A stretch of DNA of 64,000 nucleotides from NCBI RefSeq assembly GCF_009914755.1, contig NC_060937.1; one strand, given 5' to 3'. Source of the DNA: the human T2T-CHM13v2.0 reference genome, Homo sapiens. Of this stretch, positions 12,972 through 25,353 are shown piece by piece. The position numbers were made by a program, and so were the translations under genes. Within the stretch, counting starts at the first letter, position 1, and every line of letters begins with the position of its first letter. The notes below the pieces were generated by a model, which ran no database searches, was not told where the DNA came from, and saw only the letters and a program-made list of their open reading frames with translations.

Positions 12972-13510
12972 GTCTTAAGATAAAATCCAGATGTCTTACT
13001 GCTTCCCAAACAACTCCGTATGATACCCTACTTCCACCTCTACCACTCTGAGTCATTGCATGCCAACAGTAGTACATTGCAGCCATGTGGGCCTTCTTTT
13101 GATTCCCAACATGCCAAAAAAATCCTTGCCTCAAAGTCCTTGCACTTGTTATTTTCCTATTCCTGGAATTCATGTGCCTGACTCTGGACCTGAGGCTTCT
13201 TATCTTCTCAGTCTAAAGTCAAATATCACCTTCTCTGAGGAATCATTTCTGACTTTATCTGAATAATTCAGCCATCCCCCAATATCATAGCATCCTATTA
13301 TTTTACATCAGAGAAATTATCCCAATCTAAAAATGTCTTGTTACATGTTTGTCTATATATTACCTATTTGTATATGATATGTCTCTCCACACTAAAATGC
13401 TACCTTCATGAGAACAGCATCCTTACTGGTGCTACATTCCTCTATATCCTTTAACCTAGGATGGAGCCTGTTACTAAGAGATGTCCAATAAAAATTTCTT
13501 CTGTTGATAG
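12972..13510 (+). mobile_element. L2a 3' portion (begins ~12605, interrupted by the AluJ)
   Basis: ataaaatcc...ggccttctt...cctcaaagtccttgcacttgttatt...aaatatcaccttctctgagg...ccttcatgagaacagc. Confidence 0.8.
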
Positions 13511-15547
13511 GTTGGTTGATACCTCATTGACAGATCATAGATATGCTCCTTATTAATTAATAATACTTCTTTCTTAATGAATGATGATTTCCCCACAGCA
13601 TTCTAAAGTCCAAATTGATGACTTATAGTTCAGATATTTGAATGACCAAATTAGCTCAAATATTATTCTTGCTTCCATCATGAATGTGGATTAATGTGGA
13701 CTGATGTGGATTAAATGTAGGCAGACTGGCAGTGAGTAAAGTCAGGATGTAGACACATTGCTCCCGTCAAGACTGATGTCAAGAGGAAATCACCAGCTGT
13801 CTAGCCTTTGAAGCCAATGGGAAGATTACTTATTGACCTGATACATTTTCACTTCTGATTCAGAGTGGGCATTCGTACAATCTTTGCAAGTAAATTATAG
13901 CTATAAAAGGATCCCCAAAAAAATTATTTCTGACAATTTGGGGAGAGTAGGTCACATCTCTATCTCAGAAACCGAGAAATGGTCATATACTAAAATGAGA
14001 AGGAAAATGGTGAGTCTGAACCAGGTCTTATTCCATTAATTCCATACTCAAATTGAGACACCATAGAGATAGCAGACACACAGATGATAAGTATTTTTCA
14101 TAAGCAATATTGATTTTTGTATTTCATTTTTAAAAGTGCTTAGCATTCAGAGGAAGCCAAAAAATACTGTTTGATACTCTTCTATGGAAAAATAATTTGC
14201 CACTAACTGACACATCAATGCTACATCAAAGGAAATTACAGAGCGCTCAGTAGTACTAAAGCTAGGGCATGAGGCCCATTTAGAATTGGATTTTTGTTGC
14301 CACATAGGTTATTACTTCTGTAAAACATGCATATGTGATCATCGTTTGGTTAGGGAGCAGAAAATAATATTTGAAAAGTGCATTTTTCTGTTTTACTGCA
14401 CGGACCTGTGTCTTTCAGTCTCCACAATCAGCAACTTCTAGCCTGACCCACTCAATATAAAAAGATATGTAAAATATCTGCGGGTTTAACTTATTCCAAA
14501 ATCACCCCTTATTTAAGTTGGATGCAAAATTAACAAATTAATAGACTTTTCATTTAATTCCAAAATATAAATGTCTCCAGTTATAGAAAATGGTTAATTC
14601 TCAATATTTGAGATAAAATTGAATAATAAAAAAAGATATTTTCTTTCATAAAAATTTAAAGTAGGTTCCATCATTGTTGGAAATAAAATATTGACTTGAA
14701 ATACTGTCTACTTTCAATTAGACTGTAATTACAAAGAGAACATTGGTCATTATTTTTACACTTTGTATGTTTGGCTATTTTATAGGCAAATATTAAAGGC
14801 CCAATATTCCAACACTACTAAAGAAATATTAGAATTGGATCTATCCTGGGACTGTCTTCTGTACACGCAAGAGACTTGCCCCTTTGAAATAAACCAAAAA
14901 AGCATTGAAGTTTTATTTTAAAATTCAGGCAGAAATGTTGACACTGCCTGTATCAATTTAAACACAATTTTTTTTAAAAAAAGCCACAAGAAATCCCTCT
15001 AGACTGCTGTATATAACATCGTGTCTCAGGAATTTCTTTGAGAAAATAGGTACAGGTAAAAGCTTGCAATATACATTTTTTAAAATAAAACTTTAGAGCA
15101 AGCTGAGGATTACCTGGATTTTGTTAGTATGTCATGCTGAAAAACACTTATACTTACCTAAGTCTTTGCTCAATGTATTTTCATTGAGAATATGAAGCAC
15201 AGCCATTCTAACTTTAAATTTGGCCAAGCTTTGTTTTGATTATGTAAGAACATACCAGGAAAGGATGACTGTGTACTTTGAATTCATCTTAATTTTCTTT
15301 CTTTTATATTTCCCTTTTTCCAAGTGCCAAATAAAATTTTTCTCACATGTTTTCTTTTAAAACATGAGTTCAGAATAAAATTAAGAGGAAAAAAATCAAT
15401 CTCAATGAGTGTTTTATTCACATCTATGAACGCTATTGTGCTCTTACTTGATGTGACTAAGTGACATTTGCTGTCAAACAAAACAATTACGGCTGTATTA
15501 CCCTTAATCATAAACATTTGCTAAGCACACATTTGTTTTTCAGTAAC

Positions 15548-15990
15548 TGTGTTAGCCAGAGCTCTTTTGGTGGTAAATGCAAGACATTCAACTCGAATGT
15601 ACTTAAGCAAAACAGGTAATTATTTGGCTCACATAAAACTATACAAGGCCTCAATAAGAGGAACTAGAAAATTATAACAGTTGAGATTCTCCCTACCTCT
15701 CATTTTCTGTTATGTTCCAAACAAATTATCTCAGACTGTTTTTTGACAAGGTTAAAAGCATGATTTCAGACATTATCAGTGCTTATATCCTCATACCTAT
15801 CTAAAAATTCCAGCTTTCAGCTTCATTTTGTAAAACCATGGGGGAGTTTCCAACTGGATTCGATTGGATCATGTGCCCAAAGCTAGACCAATTATTGTAG
15901 CTAAAGAATTAGGTACAATGATTGGACGAGCCCTGGTCAGGTGGCATCATTAAATCAAAAACTGTAACTGTGGAGTTAGCTTCACGGGAA
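15548..15990 (-). mobile_element. Old MaLR LTR (MLT1J/K/L-like)
   Basis: caactcgaatgtacttaagcaaaacaggtaattatttggctcacataa and gattggatcatgtgcccaa..gaccaattattgtagc..gattggacgagccctggtca. Confidence 0.65.
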
Positions 15991-16123
15991 AAGATGCTGG
16001 CTCCTGTTGTGACCTCAGGGTCGGAGTATGAGAAGTGTATCTAAACTGAAGAATTCAGGACACATTTCCCAGAATAAATTGGAGGAGTGTAGGGAGAGCA
16101 ACAGACAGACACACAGGCACTCA

Positions 16124-16124
<1 letters not shown>

Positions 16125-16167
<43 letters not shown>

Positions 16168-16170
16168 CAC
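16125..16170. repeat. (CA)n microsatellite, ~23 units with one interruption
   Basis: Seen directly. Confidence 0.97.
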
Positions 16171-16422
16171 GGGAGGTTACGCCTTCTCTCTCTTCCTATT
16201 CTTTCATCTTCCCTATCATTAAGGGTATACTGAACGTCATCATCTCTGGACTTTAGTGAATGCCAATGGTAAAGATCTGATATTGTTTAGGTTATTCATG
16301 ATCTTTATTCTGTAAAAGTCTGAGATGCCATTATTTATGCCTTTCACTCTTGAAGAGAAGATATTAATGTTATGGACAAAGATGTAAACTTTACATAAAA
16401 TGATGGATGAGATGGTTGAAAA

Positions 16423-16815
16423 TGGTATTTCATCAGTTCTAAGTTACAACAGTGACACTTGGTTAAATCTAATATTTGATACATTGCTGTTGGCCGAGGA
16501 GCAGCCATGGCACATTGTCACTTCAATTGATGTGCATGGTTGATACTACAAGTGTTGGGTTCAACTGTCATAGAAGATATCTTTAAAACAGGTTACACTA
16601 TGGTTCAGCATGAAAACAAAAAAATACATATTGTCTTCACAGAAAGTTACTAGAACACAGCAGTGATGCATGCATTTGATATTCCTGAAGCAAATATTTA
16701 GCATCTGAAGAATGAACTCCATTCCATTTTTTTTTCTTTTGGAACAAAACCCAAGTGTTTTAGAAGACCTAAGATAGTAGGATTCCCACAAGTTGATGAA
16801 GCTATGCTAGGTTAC
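16423..16815 (+). mobile_element. Kanga1-like (TcMar-Tc2/pogo) DNA transposon fossil with decayed transposase N-terminus
   Basis: TIR-like gtatttcatcagttctaag at ~16425; degenerate frame HIVFTESY*NTAVMHAFDIPEANI*HLKNELHSIFFSFGTKPKCFRRPKIVGFPQVDEAML resembles the POGK-type HTH region. Confidence 0.7.
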
Positions 16816-17094
16816 TGATTCAGGTACAATGCAACTACAGGTGGGGGAGATTGCTAGATGTCTTGAAAGAGACAAAAGAAATTAAAGAACACAAGAATAT
16901 TGAATGACTAAATTATGTAGAATTAGTATTAAGATAGCATGTGAAACCTTGCCAGGAATTTTCTTTAGTGTACATAAAGCAATAATACATCTGACAATTG
17001 ATGGAGTCTTTGATGTCAACAAAATACAGTAATAAGGGAAATTGATTTTTACTTCATGGAAGTTACTTTGGCAACATTGTGAAGTAGCAGGATT

Positions 17095-17264
17095 GTTACA
17101 ATAGTAATCAGATTACTTAAATTTTAATCCTTGGTGCTATCACCAACTAATTGTGCTGTCTAAGGAAAGTCAATTAAATACTTAGGTCTTCATTTACACT
17201 ATAAAGATTTTGGACTATAGATTATGTCAGAAGTCAGTCTCAAACATTAAGTGACATGATTCTA
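17095..17264 (+). mobile_element. MIR3/MIR relic
   Basis: ttttaatccttggtgctatcaccaactaattgtg...ggaaagtcaattaa...ttggacta...catgattcta. Confidence 0.6.
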
Positions 17265-18109
17265 GATGAACTAAAGAATGTAAAAATGTTTTATTATTCA
17301 TTTTAAGAATGATGGTTTGAAAATACTGTAACTGTAGCTTGGTCATTAGTAATTTTCAGAGGCCAGTGTAATATTTTTACTTTCAGTTCTGGAATAATGT
17401 ATCTAGATCACATACCTAATGTTTCCAGTTGAGATAGATTTAGCATGCAGAACAGGCTATGTTTTGTGTTTTTCTTAACCTTCAAAGTGTTTGTTATTTT
17501 GATTAGTGTTTATACATTCAGACAGATTAGTGAGGCAATAAATAGGAGTAAATGCTAAAGGACAGCTAATCAAGTGAGTGAGAAGCAAATAGCCACTTAC
17601 TATAGACTATGGTTATAATTCAAAAGCATGTGAAGCATTATCATTTTGATGTAGTGTTTTTAGACCAAACGTTGTAACTAGAACAAACAAATAGTTACAC
17701 ACTAGCACACTGGAGGATATGGTCATTAAGAACCAAAGATTTTCTAATAAGAGACGGTAATCTTTCTCAGAGGCCACAGGCAGTTTTAGTGCCCATTTAT
17801 TGAAAATGTAGTGCAACATTTTAAAAAGTCAAGCACAAACATTTTATTGTACTGGGTTCTTAGGGTCTGAGAACCTGAAGGTCACTTGAGTTGTTAATAT
17901 AATCCTTTCCCCATCTTTAAGAATGATATAAACTAAATTATCCCACATTCTTTCTACTGGAAAAATGCTGAGAAAAAAAATAGACAAATGAATTCCATTA
18001 TCTCCTAGGATAGCATTCTTCTGAAGCACATTTTTTACAATTAGTATCATGTCAACTTTTCAAGAGAACTTATGCTCCTTATTAATTTACAAGAAAAAAA
18101 ATTATGAAA

Positions 18110-18260
18110 TATTAGAACTAGAAGAAAAGCTAACAATCATACAATCAATGTTTGATTTTAGAAATCAAGCAACATAGTACAAAAAGCTTAAATAAATATT
18201 CACCCCCATAGAACTAGTTGATGACAAACTGGATGTGGAGCCCAGATCTTTTAATTTTTA
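18110..18260 (-). mobile_element. MIR relic
   Basis: ttagaactagaagaaaagct...gaactagttgatgacaaactggatgtggagcccagatct. Confidence 0.5.
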
Positions 18261-18306
18261 CTTTAATAATTTAATATTTTGCACACTTTTCATTTACTTT
18301 AAAACC

Positions 18307-18821
18307 AAATCATGCTGCTATAAAGACACATGCACACGTATGTTTATTGCGGCACTATTCACAATAGCAAAGACTTGGAACCAACCCAAATGTCCAACAA
18401 TGATAGACTGGATTAAGAAAATGTGGCACATATACACCATGGAATACTATGCAGACATAAAAAATGATGAGTTCATATCCTTTGTAGGGACATGGATGAA
18501 ATTGGAAACCATCATTCTCAGTAAACTATCACAAGAACAAAAAACCAAACACCACATATTCTCACTCATAGGTGGGAATTGAACAATGAGATCACATGGA
18601 CACAGGAAGGGGAATATCACACTCTGGGGACTGTGGTGGGGTCGGGGGAGGGGGGAGGGATAGCATTGGGAGATATACCTAATGCTAGATGACACATTAG
18701 TGGGTGCAGCGCACCAGCATGGCACATGTATACATATGTAACTAACCTGCACAATGTGCACATGTACCCTAAAACTTAGAGTATAATAAAAAAATATATA
18801 TATATAAAAAAATAAATAAAT
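18307..18821 (+). mobile_element. L1HS Ta-subfamily, 5'-truncated (~0.5 kb)
   Basis: ORF2p C-terminus plus 3'UTR; gatgacACAttag (18694-18696) and aaaacttaGagt (18779); TSD aaaaccaaa (18301-18309, 18822-18830) at a TTT/AAAA site. Confidence 0.95.
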
Positions 18822-18914
18822 AAAACCAAAATAATCTCTAGCAATTGATTATGCCACTCCTTTACCATCCAGTCATTTGACTTTAACTTCCAAAAACTTA
18901 CTAGGAAAAAAAAA

Positions 18915-19560
18915 AAATCAGCAACAGAAGGAAAATCTCGATGACTCGCAGGCAGAATAAATAAAAAGACAATCACATCAATGGTGAATCTCGGTAAAAC
19001 TGCTGAAATCAAAATCAAAGAGAAAATAATAGAAGCAGGCCAGAAATAAAAAGCCTCTTCTTTCTCAAATGAAAAAAAAGAAGCAGTAATAAAACTAATA
19101 GCTAACTTCTCAATAGTAAAACAAAATTGAAGTCAGAATGCAGTGGTTTAACATCTTTAAAATGTGAAAGAAAACACCTAATCTTAAAGCTCATGTTATA
19201 TTAAAATATCTTTCCAGTATGAAAGGAAAATAAAGTTGCTTCTAGACAATCAGAAAAGAATGGGAGAATTTGTTTCTAGAAAACTTCTATTAAATACTAA
19301 AGGGATTGTTCAGGCAGAGGAAAATGATCCTAGTGAGAGACAAGGAAATTCAGGAATAAATAAATGGCAATTGAAAGGATAAATCTATAAGTAATTGTAC
19401 ATGAACATTGACTTGCATAAAATGATACTAATGGCTTATGAGGTTTACCATATATGCCAATCAAATAATTAGAATACAAGCTAGAAAAAATAAATGGTTT
19501 TAACTCTTTCTAAGACCCTTGCAATGTCTGGGAAGTGGTAACATTACAAATATTGATTAA
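18915..19560 (+). mobile_element. Old L1 (L1ME-like) ORF1 remnant
   Basis: aaactgctgaaatcaaaatcaaagagaaaataatagaagcaggccag...gctaacttctca...agtcagaatgcagtgg...aacatctttaaaatg. Confidence 0.75.
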
Positions 19561-19999
19561 TGTTTGCCAAGAACTAGCCAAACTCCAAAGTTTGATGGTA
19601 CAGTCCCTCAGACTGCCGAGTCTGCCCAGACTTCGGAAACCAACAGCAAGGAATCAGGGTCCAATTACAAAATTAAAGGGAAAAGTCCACACAACACTAC
19701 CCTCTCTTTTGACACCAACTGCAAGTTTTGAGAGTTCCCACAACAATTCTGCGTTGATAATTCACTAGAAAAACTTACAGAACTCACTGAAAGCCATTAT
19801 GCTATTATGCTCATAGTTGTGATTTATCATAAAGAAAAGATACAGATCCAAAGGAAGAAACACATAGGGCAGAGTCTGGAAGGTTTCCAAACATGAGCTT
19901 TCTACCCTTTTCAGAACACATTACCCTCTGGCAACAATGTGTGACAAAACACACAGAATGTTGTCAATCCAGGAAGCTCATAGGAGCATTGAGACCTAG

Positions 20000-20327
<328 letters not shown>

Positions 20328-20420
20328 CTGTTTTGTTTTTTTGTTTGTTTGTTTATTTGTTTGTTTTTTGAGACAGTTTTGCTCTTATTGCCCAGGCTGA
20401 AGTGCAATGGCATGATCTTG
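20328..20420 (-). mobile_element. Severely 5'-truncated AluS (Sq/Sp-like) stub with tail
   Basis: gagacagttttgctcttattgcccaggctgaagtgcaatggcatgatcttg; TSD gagacctagag (19991-20001, 20421-20431) brackets this stub plus the AluY. Confidence 0.85.
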
Positions 20421-20914
20421 GAGACCTAGAGTTTTTATTAGGGTTTCATTACATAGGCATGATTGATTGATTAATTACCTATCTGATTTTACTTGGTCTT
20501 CCAGGTCTCCATCATGCCCCTCTCTGGAGGTCAAGCTGATGTCACATGGGCTGAGGGGCTCACCAGGAGTCACCTCATTAGCATAAATTATCAGGTGTGG
20601 CCCAGGCAGCCCACTATAAATAACAAAGACTCTCCGATCATTCCTCCAACTCCAAGGGTTTCATTAGAGGTTACTTTCTAGAAAGCGGGAACAAAATTCA
20701 GACCTCTCTTTGGGCAAGGACAAATTCTTTACTACAGAGGGCACATTCTGGGCTTTTGGCCAAGCCTTTCTTACAGCAAAACATCACATTTGTCTAGACA
20801 TTTACATTTAATAAAGCATTTATATGACAGCTGCAACAGTGATATCATTATAAATATACCTAACGTTTGGAGGAGCCATTTGGAACAGTGATACGTTTAT
20901 AAAACAACTATTTC

Positions 20915-21213
<299 letters not shown>

Positions 21214-21257
21214 CCCAACAACGATTCCATTCTGTAATGTCATTCCATATATATATA

Positions 21258-21634
21258 TTTGTTGTTGTTATTGTTGTTGTTGTTATCGTTGTTGTGTTTT
21301 TTTTATTTTTTTTTTTATTTTTTTTTTTTTTTTGAGACAGAGTCTCGGTCTGTCGCCCAGGCTGGAGTGTAGTGGCGCAATCTCGGCTCACTGCAAGCTC
21401 CGCCTCCCGGGTCACGCCATTCTCCTGCCTCAGCCTCCCGAGTAGCTGCGACTACAGGCGCCTGCCACCACGCCCGGCTAATTTTTTTGTAGTTTTAGTA
21501 GAGACGGGGTTTCACCATGTTAGCCAGGATGGTCTCGATCTCCTGACCTCGTGATCCACCCGCTTCGGCCTCCCAAAGTGCTGGGAGCTCGGCTCCCAAA
21601 GTGCGGTGGCTGGAATGCAGCCACCGCACCCGGC
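21258..21634 (-). mobile_element. AluY with rearranged left arm and (TTG)n/T-rich tail
   Basis: ctgcaagctccgcc, cacgccattctcc, gttagccaggatggtctcgatc; TSD tgtcat(t/g)ccat(a/g)tat. Confidence 0.95.
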
Positions 21635-23670
21635 TGTCATGCCATGTATTTTTATGTTTTGTTCCTTGGTTTACCATTATTTGTACCTTAAAATAAACTT
21701 ATGCAGAACTATAGAACCTAGAAATTATTGAATAGTTAGATTAATTTTGTTTTTCCTCAGACCAGTCATTTTCCACTAATATTATATCCTGAAGATGCTT
21801 TTACTTAATTTCCTTATACATTTGACCATCAATATCAGTATTATAATCTTACCAACAAGGCCAGTGTTACAACATACCATAGTATGGCAGATGGAATCTG
21901 AAAAATAAGAGTCAAAAAAGACTAGCATATTGTTAGAATCTCATTCTGTCATTAACAATTAGTTCAATCCATCATCACATCATGTGACCAAAATGTCTTC
22001 TAGACCAATGCCTCTCAGGTTTGCTGGTTTACATTTAACCTTGCCAGGTTCCAAAAGATGGAATGGTCTTCACCCTTTCAGGCATCTAGGATAACTGAGC
22101 TAAAGGACAAAAATCATCTTTTGCTATGAGCCTCTCTTGAGGTATTAATATAATATTGAATTTTCCTTTTTGCCTATCTTCTTATTCATTTTTTAACCTT
22201 CAGCTGTTACTTGAGCTTCACTTCATTTGTTATTTAATTTTACCCAAACTTTTCTACCTTGGAAGGGATATTAGGTTCAGCCACTGTTGCCAGTTCTGAC
22301 TACCAGCAGCAGTACTAGTCTAGCAAGTCCCTCCTCTCTTTCCTTTCCCATTCATATAGGTAGAGCTAGAAAGCTGGTGGATTGTCTTGAGCACTAGAAA
22401 ATACAGCTCCATTCACTTTCCACCACAATTTTGCCAGATGGAGTAAAGGCACAAGCCAAGCCCACTAACCCCTGAGGAATTCTGATATAAAGTTTTAAAG
22501 GTATAATTTCTTGCTTAGGAATCATTCATGCTTCCTGCACCCACAGCTGCAGCCCTAGTCCTGAAACCACTACATCGGATAGCAAAAAAAGAAAGTTGAG
22601 AACATGTGGGGAAAAGAAAAAAGTCTAGTCCTACACTATCTGCTTTTCCCTCCACCATAATATAGTTAGACCAGTATTCTCCCCACCTCTACTTCTCCTG
22701 ATCCTCCAGAGGAAGAAAGGAATCTGTCTATTGAGAAACCTCACTTGGCCACCTTCATGTTGAATTTGAGTATTCACTGCTAGAGACATATAATCCAGCC
22801 CTTCTTGCCTTCATCTTCTCTTATTTTAGACAATTGTTTTAATTGCCTATTCCAATTCTTTTTCAAACCATTACTCTGCGGTTATCTGTCTACTCATTCT
22901 TAGACATTATGACCTGTAAAATTTCTTGGTCTGAGAAACTGTGAATTGGTTGTCCAAGTTGGTGCAATATATTCTATTATGATGCGCTTATAGTACTCTG
23001 AACATTTTTATCTACCACTAGGTATGCAAGTCCAGTCCGGAATAAATGCCTATTCCTGTTAGGACCAATTTGTAGCTCCCAAGGGCTATTTGTAACAATT
23101 AAACTTGTCCCCCATGTACAGAGCTGCCTCCTGAGGGAATAGCCATGTGTAGCCTCTGTCGTTCTTGTTAGCAGACAGCAGTTTGTATTGACATTTGTGT
23201 GCCCTAGAAGGTGCAGGAGGAATAGGTCTGAATTCAGCCGTTCTCTGCATTCCTGCAGCCCCTGAGTGTTCACTCATTTCATGGACCCAGGTGGCCACCT
23301 CAAGCCAGTTCAACAAAAGGTCCACTTCCTGGTTCCAGTCGCCTTCTGATCTTGGAACGGGGTTCTTCCGATGGCATTGGCATATCTGATTTTAATGTTC
23401 TCCCTTAAATTTCCAGAGTGATTTCCATGGGGTCCCGCCCCATATGGGTATCCATTTACTAGGCTGGTTTCCCATTCCCTTTCTCCCAGACCTATATGGG
23501 TGGGCTGTTGGCCACTACTCATTAGTCAGTAAAAACCCAAATATAGAGGCCAACCATATTCTATTAATCCCACTAAGTTTGTTTATTTTTACCTGCTTTT
23601 CAGCAAAGGTCTTCCAAATAGGATACTGTTCATTCATCTTGGAATTGCTGTCCATAAGCCAAGCAACTCT

Positions 23671-24175
23671 ATGAGAAACATCTTGAATATAAGGACATTA
23701 TTAGGCTTAAAAATAAAAAGGATGGGGAAGGATAGAATATGCAAAAACTAAAGAAAATTGCTTTAACTACTGCTTTCAGATACAGTTGACTTTAAGGCAA
23801 TAAAGAAATAAAGAGGAATTTTTCATAAAGATGAAAGGGTCGCTCTACCATAATGACATGACATTTCTGTATTTATTTGCAAAAATTTACACAAACTTAA
23901 ATAGACAGGAATTCACATATCTTTTTCAATAACTTCAGATAAAGGATAACAAGCATATATAAGACTAAAAACATAATTTATAGATCTGTTCTAATTGACA
24001 CAGAGAATGCTGCACCCAATAATAAAACATCAAGCCCAACAATGACAGAAAGCACATCCTTTTCAAGTTCACAGAGGATATTTACCAAATTGATAATATG
24101 ATGGATCATAAAATATAGCTTAGAGTATTTCTCTGACCACAGTGAAAACTAAACTAAAATATTAGATACAGAGTA
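23671..24175 (+). mobile_element. Old L1 (L1ME-like) ORF2 endonuclease remnant, probable continuation of 18915-19560
   Basis: aaaaggatgggga..., gttgactttaaggcaa, gatgaaagggtc, tttcaagttcacag, ttctctgaccacagtgaaaactaaacta. Confidence 0.75.
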
Positions 24176-24905
24176 ATGTTAGCAGCTACATTGAGATTTT
24201 GAAATCAAATTAACATAGCAGAGAAACTACAAATCTATATTTTATTATGAAACATTCCTTTTACCTGTTATACATAATTTATATTACAACTTCCAATTAA
24301 ACTTCATAAAAATGAGATGTATTGCTTAAATCTCTGTCAGTTATTTCTGAATGCCTTAAATTAAATGTTTGACATAGAGATGTATCCCTTCATAGTCAGA
24401 GCTTAACATCATGAATTGTTTGTATACTAATTAGGATGTTCATAACAAAATGCCACAATTTTAGATCTGGGAGGAATTTGGAGGCCATATTACAAGTGGG
24501 AATATTAGGTCACCAAATAGAAAGAAAAGGGTGGTTATTTAAACCATTGGGGTTAAGTTTCAACTTTGCCCTCTGTCCTGTGGCAGAGTGTGAGATTGAA
24601 ATGCTGAACTCCACTCTCCTGTATATAATGATTATAATAAATTGTTGTCTACTAACTGCAAAAGCATATAAAGAATTGGAACTAACATCCACAGAAGGCC
24701 TAATGACTGCTGTTAATAAGCTTGCCCCTGAATCTGTGAGTTGTTTAATCACAGTTAATGCTCCCAACAACCTTGTGACACAGTAGATATAAAAATAACA
24801 TGTGTGTGAGAATACTGCATTAACTGTAAAAAAAAAATAGTGTCTAGTTATTATCTCATGCAAACAAAATTATGTTTGTATTCTCATCCACCATATGTTA
24901 GACAG

Positions 24906-25353
24906 TGTATTAGGGTTCTCTAGAGGGACAGAACTAATAGGATAGATATATATATAAAGGGGAGTTTATTAAGGAATATTGACTCACACGATTACAAGGT
25001 GAGGTCCCACAATAGGCCATCTGCAAGCTGAGGAGGAAAGATGCCAGTCTGAGTCCCAAAGATGAAGAGCTTGGAGTCCAGTGTTCCAGGACAGGAAACA
25101 TCCAGCATGGGAGACAAGTGTAGGCTGGGAGGCTAAGTCAGCCTAGTCTTTCCACGTTCTTCTGCCTGCTTTTATTCTAGCCATGCTGGCAGCTGATTAG
25201 ATTGTGCCCACCCAGATTGAGGGTGGATCGGCCTTTCCCAGTCCACTGACTCAAATGTTAATCTCCTTTGGCAACACCCTCATAGACACACCTAGGAACA
25301 ATACTTTGCATCCTTCAATCCAATCAAGTCGACACTCAATATTAACCATCACA
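24906..25353 (-). mobile_element. MLT2A1 (HERV-L) solo LTR
   Basis: tgtattagggttctctagagggacagaactaatagga ... caatccaatcaagtcgacactcaatattaaccatcaca; short (A1-type) length; 5-bp near-TSD gacag/gatag. Confidence 0.92.

Noticed and set aside
12608-13051. 147-aa ORF and similar ORFs at 2062, 8088, 20012, 21122, 46852, 46896, 55655, 57137 and 59967
   Set aside because: Alu-derived read-through peptides (e.g. [13 protein letters not shown]-type)
18235-18582. 115-aa ORF
   Set aside because: L1 ORF2p C-terminus from the truncated L1HS joined to flank; not a host gene
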